Shown: piece by piece, positions 12,901 to 26,453 of the stretch
Layout of the letters: each line of letters begins with the position of its first letter
Numbering within the stretch: position 1 is the stretch's first letter
Origin: Azolla caroliniana
Lineage: Eukaryota > Plantae > Polypodiophyta
Assembly: GCA_043228905.1 (NCBI GenBank)
Contig: JBHGNT010000008.1
Span: 18,042,001-18,106,000 of the forward strand
DNA: 64,000 nucleotides
Direction: 5' to 3'
Translations under genes and position numbers: made by a program
Notes under the pieces: generated by a model
Told to the model about the DNA's origin: nothing
What the model saw: only the letters and a program-made list of their open reading frames with translations
Database searches by the model: none

Positions 12901-15162
12901 GATTTATGACATGCCTTATCTTATTGTCTGAAATTCGGGTACCAGCTCTATATACAAGAGATTGCTTATTCTTCCTTGATGTAGGGTATATAGGGTTTAA
13001 GCAAAGAGGCAGCAGCAAGGGAATTTGGAGAGGAGCAAGTGAAGTTATGGCGAAGGAGTTATGACACTCGACCACCCTATGGAGAGAGCTTGCAGGTTTA
13101 GTTTCCAGCGATACTAATATGTTTGATGCTGTTTTCTTGTTTTCCATTGATCCACATTTACATGTCCCATTTGTGAGTAACTTAAACTGCTTATCATCTC
13201 GTTTCTTTCAATTTTTTCTTGCACCAGTTTATTTGAATCCTGCTTCTTTACCTTGTATATATCTACTTTGACATTATTTCTTCTTTTGGAGTAGCATCTC
13301 TGGATATAAGAGACTGGATATTTACTTTCATTAATTCCCATTAATTTCAACTGAAACTGGCATGTGGAAATTCTAGAGCCAAGTAAAGACCCTAGCAAAC
13401 CACCAATTAGCTAACTTCAAACACTAGAGAAAAGCTTATATAACAAAAAAAAATCTCCGCAATGTTGTGGACTTACTAAGTCATTATTTCACGTCTAGGA
13501 AGCTAAATTGCTCCTGAACAATGAAGTCAACACCCTCTTGGTTCCTTTGCTCCACTCACTTATCAACGCTCCATTTTATGCTTTAATTCCTTTAATTTTG
13601 GACATCTGAGATTTGATTTAATAAGGGATTCAAGTTCGCTTGTTTTGAGTTTGCAGTATCTATGAACCAAAGAAGAAGATGACACTTGCATCTTCTAATT
13701 AAAATTTGATAAGGCACTAATTATTTTAAATGAATTCCTTCAGTGAACATGTCTCAAATTTGGCATGCCTAGTTCTTCCATCAATATCTCTTACAGAGAA
13801 CAGATGTTTTTTCACTCGCACAATCTCTCTTTTTATTTGGTTTGTCTTTATCATTCCTTTGTAAAGTCCCTGTTCCTGAATAATGTTACCCTGATTAAAC
13901 ACTAAAAACACTGTTCTTTGTATCATCCACTCTCATATGCTTCCTGTCCTTTTGAGATTTAAGGATGACACTTAACGTCCTTTTATATTTACATAGGATA
14001 CTGCAAAACGAACAGTGAACTTTTTTAGATCAACTATAATTCCGAGATTGGATGAAGGTCAGAATGTGTTAGTAGTTTCCCATGGAAACGTATTACGGTG
14101 CATCATTGCGCATTTAGCAGGTCTGACGGATGCAGAGATGTTGCAACTTCAGGTAATGTTTTCAGTATTACTTTACCAAGGTCATCCGAATGATCACATA
14201 GATATATGCGTGTTCTAATTGAGTATTGACATTTGCTTTTGTATTGTTAGAAACACCATAACCACCTTTGAATTTCAACTCATTACAGAAGTCTTAACTT
14301 TTGGTTTATGAGCTTAAACTAGATGAGTTTTGGGCATTGACATCTGATGTTGTAAGATAGTGACCTATTGTTAGATATTAACAGGTGATCTAGGTAAATG
14401 CTTAATTGTTGGTAAATTCACATCTTTGTCTTTCTGTGCTTGAACTGTTTTCTTTTTTCTGAGAAGATAGCATCGTTGTGTTCCAGATTCCAAAGTTCAA
14501 TTTATATCGCATTCTTTTCTAGCCTATCCCTAACTTCATCATCTTCTGTCAAATTTTCCTGTCACAATCCACTAGGCACTCACTTATAGGTCATGTATTA
14601 TGCGTTTTGGTTCATCCCAAAAACTGTGTCATTATGCTTTTACACAACCTACTTCTAGCTTTAGAAGAGGAGAATGAAGATGTATTGAACTCAGTGAACA
14701 TCAATGGAATGTCTAAGATATCCTTGACATCCCCATATCATTTTCTTCTTTTCCCTATGCATAGTGTAAATCAGACCACTCTTCAGTTCAGAGTTATTAA
14801 TATTACTTACATCTACTACTCTTCATGCATTGACCCAATGGTCTTTTGTATTGCTTCGATGAGTTAACAGCAGAAGCGGTTGTACTCATCATGGTTGCTT
14901 AGTGATATTTTCTTTGTTTCTGTAGAAGGGGGGGAGGGACAGGAAAAGGGTTTGCTGAATGCCTAATTTGCCGACTATTGTTGTGTTTTGCCATGCTCAG
15001 ATATTGACAGGGTTGCCATATGCCTATGCATTTGATGGGACAGACTTTGCTGAATGTTGCGTTTTGCCACCTCTTGATCCATCTACTAATGCTCCTAAGG
15101 AAGGATTTCCTCTTGGTATCACCTCTGTATTGAAGAGGGGTGAAATCGATTCACTCATATGA
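9955..15162 (+). CDS. 2,3-bisphosphoglycerate-dependent phosphoglycerate mutase-like protein (histidine phosphatase family)
   Basis: Exons 9955-10084, 11569-11605, 11693-11834, 12200-12382, 12994-13095, 13997-14152, 15001-15162. Motifs: [62 protein letters not shown]. The exact start codon is uncertain. Confidence 0.92.
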
Positions 15163-16018
15163 GCCTCTCAATATGATTTAAGCAAGGCCTAGTTGTTTCC
15201 GACATATGATGCTTATGTTGCCTCTAATTATTTTGATTAGGTTGAGGTAATTGTAAGCTAATTCAATTATTCATTGTGCAAGGGAACTCATAATTGTCTT
15301 TGTATATACATAATATATTTATATTCAAATGTATTGCAAATTGCTGAACATATGCATAATTGTTTATGCTTAAACAGATCCACAAAGCTACTGCAATATC
15401 TAGAGTAGCTTGTGAATTATGGCGTGGTTCTGAACTATTAACGTTTGGTGTTCTCTTTCTTGCTTATTTTTAGTTTATGATTGGTTCCTGTTGTGCCAAT
15501 CATTCTGAAAGCATTTTCTTATAAAGTTTGATCAAACCAAGGTTTAAAAGCCATAAATATACTCTCTAGTTCTTGAGATATGATGACTTCCCATTGAGAT
15601 CATGGACATGGAGAGTGTTAACTTATTAGTGGGTGTCTGTGTGTAGCTGTTGATCATGGAGGCTTGAAGGCTTGATCATAGAGCTCTGCCCTCCGGCCAT
15701 GATTAAGCAAGATTAATAATCAGCCTTGATTTTTTAGAACTAGAGAAATAGAAGGTAGGCCTTCCACTCACAGAACTTGGTCAAAAGAGAATAGCTGCCC
15801 AAATTGTGGATACTAGAGGTGGTAGTGCACAGTGCACTCATGTAAAATATATAGGCTGATTTAAGACACGTTGATGTCACTTATTGTTTGCTTGAATTGG
15901 CAAATGTCGTTATCAACTACTTAGTGACAATCATTACAAAACTTAAGAGTAAACATCAGTATTGGAAAATTATATAAGGTGATTAAAGAACATAAACACG
16001 TCACTTATTGCTTGCTTA

Positions 16019-16318
16019 CATCGTGACATGTTGGTATCAAGTACTTATTAACAATCATAACAAAGCTGAAGAGTATTCATTAGTAAGTGTATAACTTGAT
16101 TAATGCATAGTTTCATATGAAGTAATGTCACAACTAGATGTGCTTGGTTATTGGATTTTGCACAAAATCATCGTGACATGTTGGTATCAAGTACTTATTA
16201 ACAATCATAACAAAGCTGAAGAGTATTCATTAGTAAGTGTATAACTTGATTAATGCATAGTTTCATATGAAGTAATGTCACAACTAGATGTGCTTGGTTA
16301 TTGGATTTTGCACAAAAT
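16019..16318. repeat. Exact 150-bp tandem duplication
   Basis: catcgtgacatgttgg...ttttgcacaaaat at 16019-16168 and 16169-16318. Confidence 0.95.
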
Positions 16319-19300
16319 TCATCACACTAACTTTCATTGTAGAGAGTTGGATTTTGGGCAAACATGTCAGTAGCCAAGCAAGAAAGCCACTGTGCTTCTT
16401 TGCACACTTTTCTTGTTGCAACATACTCGTCATCCTCATGCACTCATGAAGTCTAGACTTACACAATGTAGCTCTTCCTTTGAAGATTATGCCACCCAAA
16501 AATAGTAACTCTTGAGCTTATGAAAGAGAAGAGTCGACTCATTTGTGCGGCTCGACCAGAGGGATTATGGGAGTGAGAATAGAGAAAGAGCTTCCTAATT
16601 ATAATTATATGCTTGATTAATTGAAAGTTGTAGTGTTTAATTGTGTTTTCGATGTGTGCTACTTGTGAAGAGAGCTGGATCGAAAGGAGAGCCTAAAGTC
16701 AAGAGGGCTAGGAATGAAGCCAAACTACCAAACACTAGAAATCTCTCTTGGTCCAAAATCATTGTAGTATCTGGAATCAAGAATCCTTCGTAGTGATGAA
16801 GGCCCTCCACCATATTGTAAGCAAGATGATCCAATACATAATAGATGAGGAAGAAGGGGAAAGTCTTCTTCCTAGACTTTGGCCACCCTAATGTGCATAT
16901 GTCAAATTTCTTGGGATGTTGTTCTAAATTACTGGTGTTACAAATTGTTTTCAATGTTCTATATTGGTTTACAATGCTTGAAGACAAAGATAAGGTAGTC
17001 CTCCTCCAAGCCCACAAACAGATTCAAATCTTTGGTCACTTGAATTTCAAAGAAGCTTATGCAGGAGTGACCACAACCTCTACCTCCAACAATCCTAGTC
17101 TAGATCTTGATGATGATGACAATGATAATGACTGCTAGGATGGCCCACATAACCCACCCTCCACCTATTACTATTATGCTACCTCACACATCAATATAAA
17201 GTCTATCCTCACCCACTTGAATATGAACCCTCCTAGAGATAATACCACAACTATCACGAGCCCCTCACTCTCGTTACCCACCTTTGTAGATAGTGGTCCC
17301 CCACCATTAAAATGGCCTTTGCCCTTGACTTGGCACCTTACACCCCCAATCACCAAAACCTCTTTGCCATTTGGGGGATTATTTGTTACGCTCCCTTAAT
17401 GGCCTAGGCCCTTACTAGAAACCCTAAGAAAATATCCCCCAAAATACAAATCTTTGATTTATTATGTGATGACAACACAACATCTTGGACATAATGCATA
17501 TAGTGTTTTTAGGCTTCCATCCACTGCCATTCCTCAAACACCACAAAGCTCCACATGTAGATATATAAGGGAAGAATGTACTTGGTTTGAATTTGGTTTC
17601 ACATCATGTGCCTACAACATGACATTGTTCAACCATACACTAGCCAAGTTGATGCTTAATTAACAAATGTTGACTCCACTCATAATCATAGACTTGGACA
17701 CCATAGGCCTACATCACCAACTTGACAATATGGCAAAGCTCTACTAGAGATTTGTAGACCATTTTGAGAAGGATGCAATACTAATAAATAAACTCCATTA
17801 TATATGAGCCAAAGAGTGGTCACACACAATTTGGTCCCATGCAACTATTTAGGTTCTATCTACAAATAGAGGCAAAACTCACATCAACTTGTACTTATAC
17901 CTATGTTAATATACCAATAAATTTAGAGAGTGGGTGAATGCCATTTTTCTAGGTGGTCAATCTCCCTAATGCTTTACCTTTTTTTATGATGTCAAATATT
18001 GTGTGGATTTCACGACTAATCCATTAGATGTTCATGTACAACCCATGTGGAAGAAATATTGAGGGACTAGTTCCATACAGGAGACTAAAGATCCCCCTCG
18101 GTGGGTGATACTCAAGCTTTGGCAAAAACAAAGAACTTGAGTTTACATTAGCGCTTGTTGAGTGGCTGGATTCAAACCTACATCTTCACAATCATAGTAC
18201 GTAATATACTTGCATGCATTGGCAAACATTCTTTTTCATATGTTTACAAAAGAATGCGTATGTTATCAAAACATTCTTATGTTTTTTTTACACTTTTTAC
18301 CTTAACTTCTTTTTTTTTTACCTTGTAGTAAATATGTAATGAATACAAAAGTATGGTGTTTACCATACTTTGAGGGTGTTTACCATACTCAAATGATTGA
18401 AACCTTCTCGAATGCGAATGCATGTATGGTACGTATGGTTCATAATATGTCTACACTTTTAATAAAATTGGTGCCCTCTTGTTGGGTGACGCTTGAACTT
18501 GGGAAGAACCCAATCAATGTGGGGTCCAACATTAAACTGTTGTGTGTGGATTTATCCACATGAAGGTTCTCTCAAAAGGGAAGCCCTTGAGGGGAACTCA
18601 AGTCACCATGTGGCTTGTCCACTCTATAGCAATCGTGCTTGAGCTACTAGTTTTAAAAGCCCTACGGATTTGAAAGGCGAAAGAAGAGGGATCTCAACCA
18701 AGTAGAGTCTGCGGCTTCAATATCAAGAGGAGGCAACGAAGTTGTTGGACGTTGGGGGACCTAATCAACAATTAAGGATTTCGCTCTTTTATGCTCCACT
18801 AATTTCTTTTCTCATCTCTTTCTTCCCCCCTCCTCCTTGATAAATTATCTTCCTTATGACTAAACCTTGATTCTTATTGATAGAAGGAGTTAGTTCCATT
18901 GGTGGGGAGCAGCAGAGCGGCGCGCCAACCCCCGACGGAGGTCTGCGGTGTGGGCATCTCACCAGGAGACCAGCCCGACACAGCAAAGTAGCGGTGCAGG
19001 AGGTTTTGACTCGCGCCGATAGGCAATGGAGGAGGAGCAGGAGCCAGAGCCGGAGCAAGAGCCGAGAGACACCTCTTTGTGACACAAAAGGATCACAAAC
19101 TCCATTCAAACGAAACTCAGATTGGAGCAGCGGCACAGGAGGGTTGAATCGCACCGGTAGACAGCGGAAACGGAACCGGAGCAGGAGCAGGAGCCGAAGC
19201 AGCGGAAACGTGAGGGTCCAGAAGCCTCCCATTGCTCATTGACACAGTCGCCTCTCCTCCCCGCCGCTGCTGCATCGCCCTCCTCAGTTTCGTGAGGAGG

Positions 19301-22300
19301 CCATCATTCAGGGTTTCCTCTCACTCCTCCCCCACTGTTCGAGGAGGAGTAGGTTTTCAGGAGTGAACCCCCCCTAGAATACAACATGTTACTTCCTACT
19401 ATTGGCAGCTCCTTTGGGATGATGTTGGATGAAGAACTAACGCTAGCAGACAGACTAAAGAAGCACCCAGGCCCTCCCTCTATCCGCCTCTTGGTGCAGG
19501 ACATCAATAAACTTCCCTCCAAGATCCTCATTCCCAGGAAAAACGGAATGCGAATTGAACAACACATAGAAGTGATTGGTGCAAAAAACTTGGTCATTTA
19601 AAAAAGAATTTCCCCACAAGATGTATTAAAGATCCTACAAAGGAGACTCTGGAAGGTCAGGATACCATAAGACATCAAAAGCCTCCCCCACCACGACCCG
19701 ACAAGGCTGTGATGGAATGACGAGTGGTGGAAAAAACCTATGTCCTTCGAAAAACATCACCGACACAAAATCCTCCATCGCCTATGAGCCCCAATCGCTT
19801 TGATCTACTACAAGAGCTCCCCCCCACAAATGAGAATTCCCCTAGTTCTTTCGTAAACCCCAAGGAACGACCTAAGGTGACACCAAGCACCCAAGAGAAA
19901 GTTCTCGTTAAAGCTTACGAAACAGGGAAACGCAGACGAATAAGTCATGTAAAGACCCTAATAAGGAGCTTGAGTGGAACGACACCCAATGCAGAAGCAA
20001 CAACCCAAGGCAGAAGTGTGAATGTCTCGCCTCAAATCATGGTCGTCCCGGACACAAATGAGTGTGCTTCCTCTAGCCAAGACCTTGAACCACACCCACA
20101 AAACGCCTTGAAATGGCTAGGTAAAGGGCTCAAGACAGTGGAAAAAATAAGGGTACATGTATCAGCGGTGCACAATAATGGAGCTCCGACGACCTCAATC
20201 TCCTTTCCACTCTTGCTTCCGACTCAGGAAGATTGGTCAAAATCCAAGATTAAAGATATGTTATGTAGCCAAGCAGCGTGCTTTGTAGCACAAATAAGAG
20301 ATGAAGAGCTCATGAATGAACTAAAGCAACATTGGCATAACACTGAATTCTGGTGCATCATGGATGAAGAGGACCCCCATCTTTGCCACATCCACCTACG
20401 GACTATCATAAACACCCAACTAACTCCAAGCTTTGTCTATTTCTATGAGAAGCATGAAGGGGCGATTGAAGCTCACAAGATAGCCCACAAACTCCACTCA
20501 TGGATGTGGACCACTATTCCATCCTTGGAAATGACGGGATGTGTCAATGGTGAGTGCTCCCCACTCACGACCTGCTGTACAAAGCACCAGGCACAACTGG
20601 CAACCTCCCACCCCATTCCATGAGTATGAAGATTATAACATGGAACGTGCAAGGACTCAGAAGTAGACTACACCAACAAAATAGATGGAAACTGAGAAGG
20701 GATCTTGAAGAATATTTACTAGGGAGTGGTGCTGACATCATCATGTTGCAGGAACACCACCTCGATAGCACACAGTTAAAGGAAGTCAGAGACCTTCTAC
20801 CAGGATCATGGCGAACGATTTGGGAGCTAGCAATTGGGGAGGATGGAAATCATGGTGGTATTTGCACTTTGATTCGGGAACATCTAGCCCAAGGCTTAAT
20901 ACACCAAGAATCACTTATACCTGGTAGGGCACATTTTTGCACGCTGACCATCCAAGGGCAACGATGGAACTTCATGAATGTTTATGCTTCAAATAACAGA
21001 ACAGAAAGAGCAACCTTCTGGGACCGCATCCGCCTACAAGTAGTGGGTGCGGAAGAGTGGTGCATTGGAGGGGATTTTAATATGATCGAATCCATTCATG
21101 ATAGCTCCAACAACAACCCCATAGTTCTACAAGGAAGGGAACGCAAACAATGGGAGAAGCTATGTGTCCACCTTAACCTGCAAGACATCTCGCATTGACC
21201 GCATTTATGTGGGGGAGGCTTTAGAAGCGAAGGGAGGGTGGTGTCGCATAACTCCAGGCACGACTTTCTCTGACCATTACCTGGTAGTTGGTCATTTTCA
21301 ATTGCACCGAAAAGGGGGCCCGTTCTAGACTCGCATCCCACACACTATTTACACACTTATAGACGTGAAGGACCAACTATCCAACCAATGGTCATTACCC
21401 GTCAATGGCTCATCAGCATCGGACAAACTTTTAGCTAAATTAACAAGAGCCTCTACTCTCCTACATGAGTTTGTCAAGACCAGACGCAAGGATGCTCAGG
21501 AGAAGCGGCATAGGACAAAACGGGGACTAATAGCCTTACAACGACTTCAACAGAGATACCCATCCTATATTTGGATCACAGGACAAGTCGCCACGGCCAA
21601 ACAGGAACTTAGCATGGCAGAAAAGGAAATATATGACATGGAGTTTCATGGCAGCATGGCACGATGGATTCGAGTAGGGGACAAAACCACAAAGGAATTC
21701 TTCCGCTCCAAAGGCCCGAGGCACGCTAGAATTGTGATGCACAGCCTCAACCGGGAGGATGGAACGACCACTGAGGATGGCGATGAAATGAGGAATATTG
21801 CCACAAGGTATTATAGCCGCCTACTTACCGAAGACATCATAACTACAGGGGAAGACATAAGTGATGATACTATCCTCCAAAGCATACCCGAGAAAGTCAC
21901 ACCGGAAATGAATACCTGGCTCGTGCGTCCCCTATCAATCATTGAGATATGGGAGGCCCTCACTGATTTAGACGCCGAGAGTTGCCTCGGAATTGACGGT
22001 CTCACCCTGCACTTTTTCACATGTCTTTGGGGCACTATTAAAGAAGACCTCCTCTAGGCATATGAGGAGATCATCACATCTAGAAGCATGTTGGAGGAAT
22101 TTGGACAGGGGATGATACATCTCATTCCTAAAAGTGGTGGGAATGCCAACGACATTCACAAGTGGTGGTCCATTACTCTTCTCAATACTATCTATAAGTT
22201 GCTCGCAAAAATCGTGGCACGCCGTTTAACTCCACTTCTCCCTCAACTCATTCATCCGTCCCAGACAGGTTTCGTTAGAAATCGGAGCATCCTAGACAAC

Positions 22301-22822
22301 CTCTTCTCATTTTGGGAAGCAGTAGCCCTTGCCAAGCAGACCAACAAGAAGGTAGTGGTGGTGCTACTAGATTTTGAGAAAGCATATGATAGGGTATGTT
22401 GGAACTTTCTAGAAAGTGTGATGAGGAAACTCGGCTTTCAAGAGACATGGATCAAAGGCATTGCAGGATTTTATAGGAATGGCAGCAGTTGTGTTTCGTT
22501 GGCAGGTGAAAGGGGCCCCTTTTTCCGAATATCCCGCTCTGTACGGCAGGGATGCCCACTACCTCCATCCTTATTTTTATTATACGCCGAAGCACTCTCT
22601 TGATTTCTCAACTTGCAACATCTCAACCTACGTGGTCTTCCCATACCTCATTCTTACCAAAGCATCCTGGATATAGAATTTGTAGATGACACAATAGTCT
22701 ACCTGCAAGGGGACCTGGAAAACCTACAAAAGCTAGAAAGTGGGCTAGTTTTATTTTGCAAGCGATCCAACGCCATGATCAATTGGCACAAATCCTGTGC
22801 AATATAGCTCTCTCAGGAAACA

Positions 22823-23278
22823 TGTTGTCCAGAGGACAAAAATGTAAAATGAGGGAATTAGCAAACGCCGAGTCCGAGTATCACGGGCCACTGATGGCTC
22901 GGTTGTGTATTAGGGGAAAAGTTATTTAAACGAGGACCAGTACCTCAGAGAAAGAGAGAAGAAAAATATAGGCGGAAGAACTAGCTTAGTTCCTCGTAAT
23001 TAGATAAACTTGTAAGGTCACCGGCCATAGGCCGTGTTCTGTAATCTTTTTTGTCATAGTAATATATCTGATTTGTGCCCAATTTGCTCCATGAGTCTGT
23101 GCTTTGATCCATACCTATGAGTTCAACACCGCCCACGCCTATCAAGACCTCGCTAGTGTTTTCTCTCTGAGCCCTATCTCTCTCTCGACGCCTCTGTTAC
23201 GAGCCTTCACGTACCACGCCCTTGAATACCGATAGCCACAGATCTATCGAAGGTGTTCACCCAAAGGAACGGGTAACA
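22823..23278 (+). repeat. Gypsy 5' LTR
   Basis: Direct repeat of 40619-41074. About 17 substitutions by manual count, nearly all transitions. Confidence 0.95.
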
Positions 23279-23283
23279 CAATT

Positions 23284-23296
23284 TGGCACGCCCGGT
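23284..23296 (+). other. Primer-binding site, tRNA-Arg(UCU) type
   Basis: TGGCACGCCCGGT, 5 nt after the 5' LTR. Complementary to the plant tRNA-Arg(UCU) 3' end as recalled (...CCGGGCGUGCCA). Confidence 0.8.
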
Positions 23297-25597
23297 TATA
23301 GTTGTGAGTGCACAACGAACTTCGTTGAAGGTAACCACCAGCCACCATTACGGTGCCCTCTTGCACCACGAGGTCTCGGTCACCCACCCGACGCCCTGAG
23401 CCAGTCGAAGGAACTTCCGACTCGGCGGTCACTAACCAATCCTTTCTCGAGAAATCAGAGGCTTCCCTAGTGCAATCCTCGCCACCGGACACTCGATCGC
23501 GAGTTGATTCACCACCAAAACCCCCGTGGAGCCCTTCGGAGGTCAATCAACCGGAACTAAACCCTTTTCCGGTGCTACCAGAAGACCCAGAGTACGACAT
23601 CATGCCGTACCCATACCCACGATATATCGACGAACCAGACGCGGAGTCACACATCCGTGCCTTCATATCCACGTGGCCGGCTAACCACTCCACGCACCGC
23701 CTCACGCCGGCCGAAATAGATGCCTCAAAGATTGCCGAGTTCACACTCTCACTCGATGGACTGGCCGCACGATGGTACTCTCGCCCCGAAATAGGAGAGG
23801 CCACCACTTTCCAAATCGTGCGCACAAAGTTCCTTGAACTTTTTCATCGCAAGGTGCCTAAATGGGAACTGCACCGGCAATTCTTCTCTATATGCTAGGA
23901 ACCGCACGAAACGGTCGCGCAGTTCACGATCCGGTTCCAGGATCTCTACAGACAAGTGGCCAATGATGTCTCGGCACAACATATACCGGACACTTTCCTA
24001 TCCAGTTTACGAGAGCCTCTACGAACGACTCTCGCACTTACAAATTTCGTGAACCATACTATCGAACAAGTCATAGCGCGCGTTCTCGCCCTCGATCGGA
24101 ACCAGCACAGCGCGGCCTTCTCGATGACATCCTTGCAAAACGCTCTTCCCCAAGAGGACAATCGCTTTCGCCAAGCCCTCCAATGCACGGCGTGTTCAGG
24201 ATCAGGGCACCTGGCCCTCGAATGTCCCCACCGACCACAATGTCCGATTTGTCAGTCTCGAGCTCACACGGTCGAGCAGTGCGAATATAATATGCTGAAC
24301 CGCACAACGGCGGCACCGGTCCGCCAGATCGAGCCACGAAATACATACTCTCGGTAGGACGAGCGATATATCTACCGAGACCAGGATAACGACCGACCGC
24401 GATCCCCGGATCGACGGCGCCGAGACGACGACTACCGACGTGATGACCGCCGTGATCATTATCGCGATGACCGGCACGACGATTATGCCCGATATGATGA
24501 CGATCGCGATGACTGACGGAACTCACGCATTGATCGGCGAAACGGCGACCGCAACACACGCAACAATAGAAGACCTAATGACAACCGCCGACGGGACGCT
24601 CCTCAAAATGACCAGCGCAACTCCAATGCACCTCGGAACAACCCACCACCAAACGAGACCGAGAATCAACAACAACAGCTTCCACACACAGACCGAGCGG
24701 ACACCAACAGCTTGGCCAACGTGACATGTTTTAAATGTAATCAACCAGGCCACTACGCCACGCAATGTCCGACAACCAACCGTGGCAAGGCACCCGCGGT
24801 GAACAGTATCATGGCCGATGTTCAAACGGTCACTACCCGGAGTAAAGCGCAGACTACTCAGTGGCAAATCCAGGATGAAGTACGTTAGGCAGCAAAAGAA
24901 TGGATCGACACGCATGCAAACTGACATGAGAGACGGGCCCAGTGAAGTACCACAAACCTCGGCACCATCCACGTCGTCGGAGGACGACCAACTATGGGGT
25001 GTTCTTACCAACTCCCGCATCTCGCTGCCCCTACATAAACTGCTACCACTCATGCCGAGATTTCGGGACACCCTGGCGGCACTCCAGACCAATACTAAGC
25101 CTGTGACGCCATTGGTACACCTCACCGAAGCAGGAACCGGTCCACCACTCATGGATTCTCAGAACCCAGCCGTGCGAATCATCATTAAGGGACAAGACCT
25201 GCACGGATGCATCATCGACGGCGGATCCGGTGTAAACGTTATTAGCAAGTTAACGTGTCTCAACCTCGGCCTGAATCAATGGGAACCATGCCCCTTTTGG
25301 CTTCGGATGGCCGTCACACGCTCCGTTCGCCCCATTGGTTTAATCCGCCATCTCGACTTCACACTCGGAGGCCACATATTCACGATCTCGGCCGTCGTGT
25401 TGAGACTGGAGACACAAGGCGCCTACCCACTGTTACTAGGTCGACCATGGTTGCGTACATTGAATATCAAGCAACATTGGCAACGCAACATGATCTCGTT
25501 CCGAAGAGGCAAGACATGTTGGGAGATAGGTCCCTCCGGATGGGAAGGGAGAAGAACAGCGCCGATGAACAAACTCGGCCGAGGCCGAAACCGGATA

Positions 25598-25965
25598 AGG
25601 AGTACCCGGCTACGGAGAGCCGGATGATACAGACCCGGTGAAGACCGGATGAGAAGTACCCGGCTACGGAGAGCCGAATGATACAGACCCGGTGAAGACC
25701 TGATGAGAAGTACCCGGCTACGGAGAGCCGGATGATACAAACCCGATGAAGACCGGATGAGGAGTACCCGGCTACGGAGAGCCGGATGGTGCAGACCCGG
25801 TATGAACCGGATGAAGAGACATATTCGTAAATATGTTTTCTGAGAGTTCATCGAGGAGGAGTACCCGGCTATGGAGAGCCGGATGATATAGACCCGGTGA
25901 AGACCGGATGAGGAGTACCCGGCTACGGAGAGCCGGATGGTGCAGACCCGGTATGAACCGGATGA
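25598..25965 (+). repeat. ~51-bp CCGG-rich tandem repeats in the Copia LTR U3
   Basis: Unit gagtacccggctacggagagccggatgatacagacccggtgaagaccggatga; six copies in the 5' LTR and four in the 3' LTR (~30592-30810). Confidence 0.9.
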
Positions 25966-26453
25966 AGAGACATATTCGTAAATATGTTTTCTGAGAGTTC
26001 ATCGAGGCTATATTTGTAAATAGCCGAAAAGTCATATTAGTATAAATATGAATTAGGGCAAACTTTTAGTAGTTGTTGTTGTCATTCTTGTTGGTGCAAG
26101 AATAGAGTGTGTGCGTAACTGTACAGAGAGAGAGAGAGAGAGAGAGAGAAAGAGGTCGTTGCCTCTGTTGTAACCGCCACCTGTGGCGAAGATCTGTGAG
26201 CACGAGGTCGGTGCCTCAGTGAACTCACTGTTGTATATTCTTACATAGTGACAGTTTGCAGCCCGTGGGCTGCCGTGGTTTTTCCCCTAGTTTGGGGTTT
26301 TCCACGTAAACCTCTTGTGTATCTTCCTCTTCCTCTTGTCGTGTTTTATTTCCCGTTTTTTGTGTATCATTCTAAGCTCGGTTGTGGCCGAGCGTTGTGC
26401 ATAAGGAACGACCAGTTCCCGTCAAGTGGTATCAGAGCGAAACGACACAAAAA

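Noticed and set aside
16600-18100. Possible highly decayed minus-strand LINE ORF1-like sequence
   Set aside because: No motif could be recovered with confidence by eye.
25598-26007. Regular ~51-bp repeats resembling a CRISPR array
   Set aside because: There are no unique spacers, the repeats lie inside a Copia LTR, and the context is eukaryotic with no cas genes.
25423-26035. Minus-strand repetitive ORFs (GLYHPALRSRVLLIRSS), also at 30411-30878
   Set aside because: They are by-products of a 51-bp (3n) LTR repeat, with no sign of a real protein.
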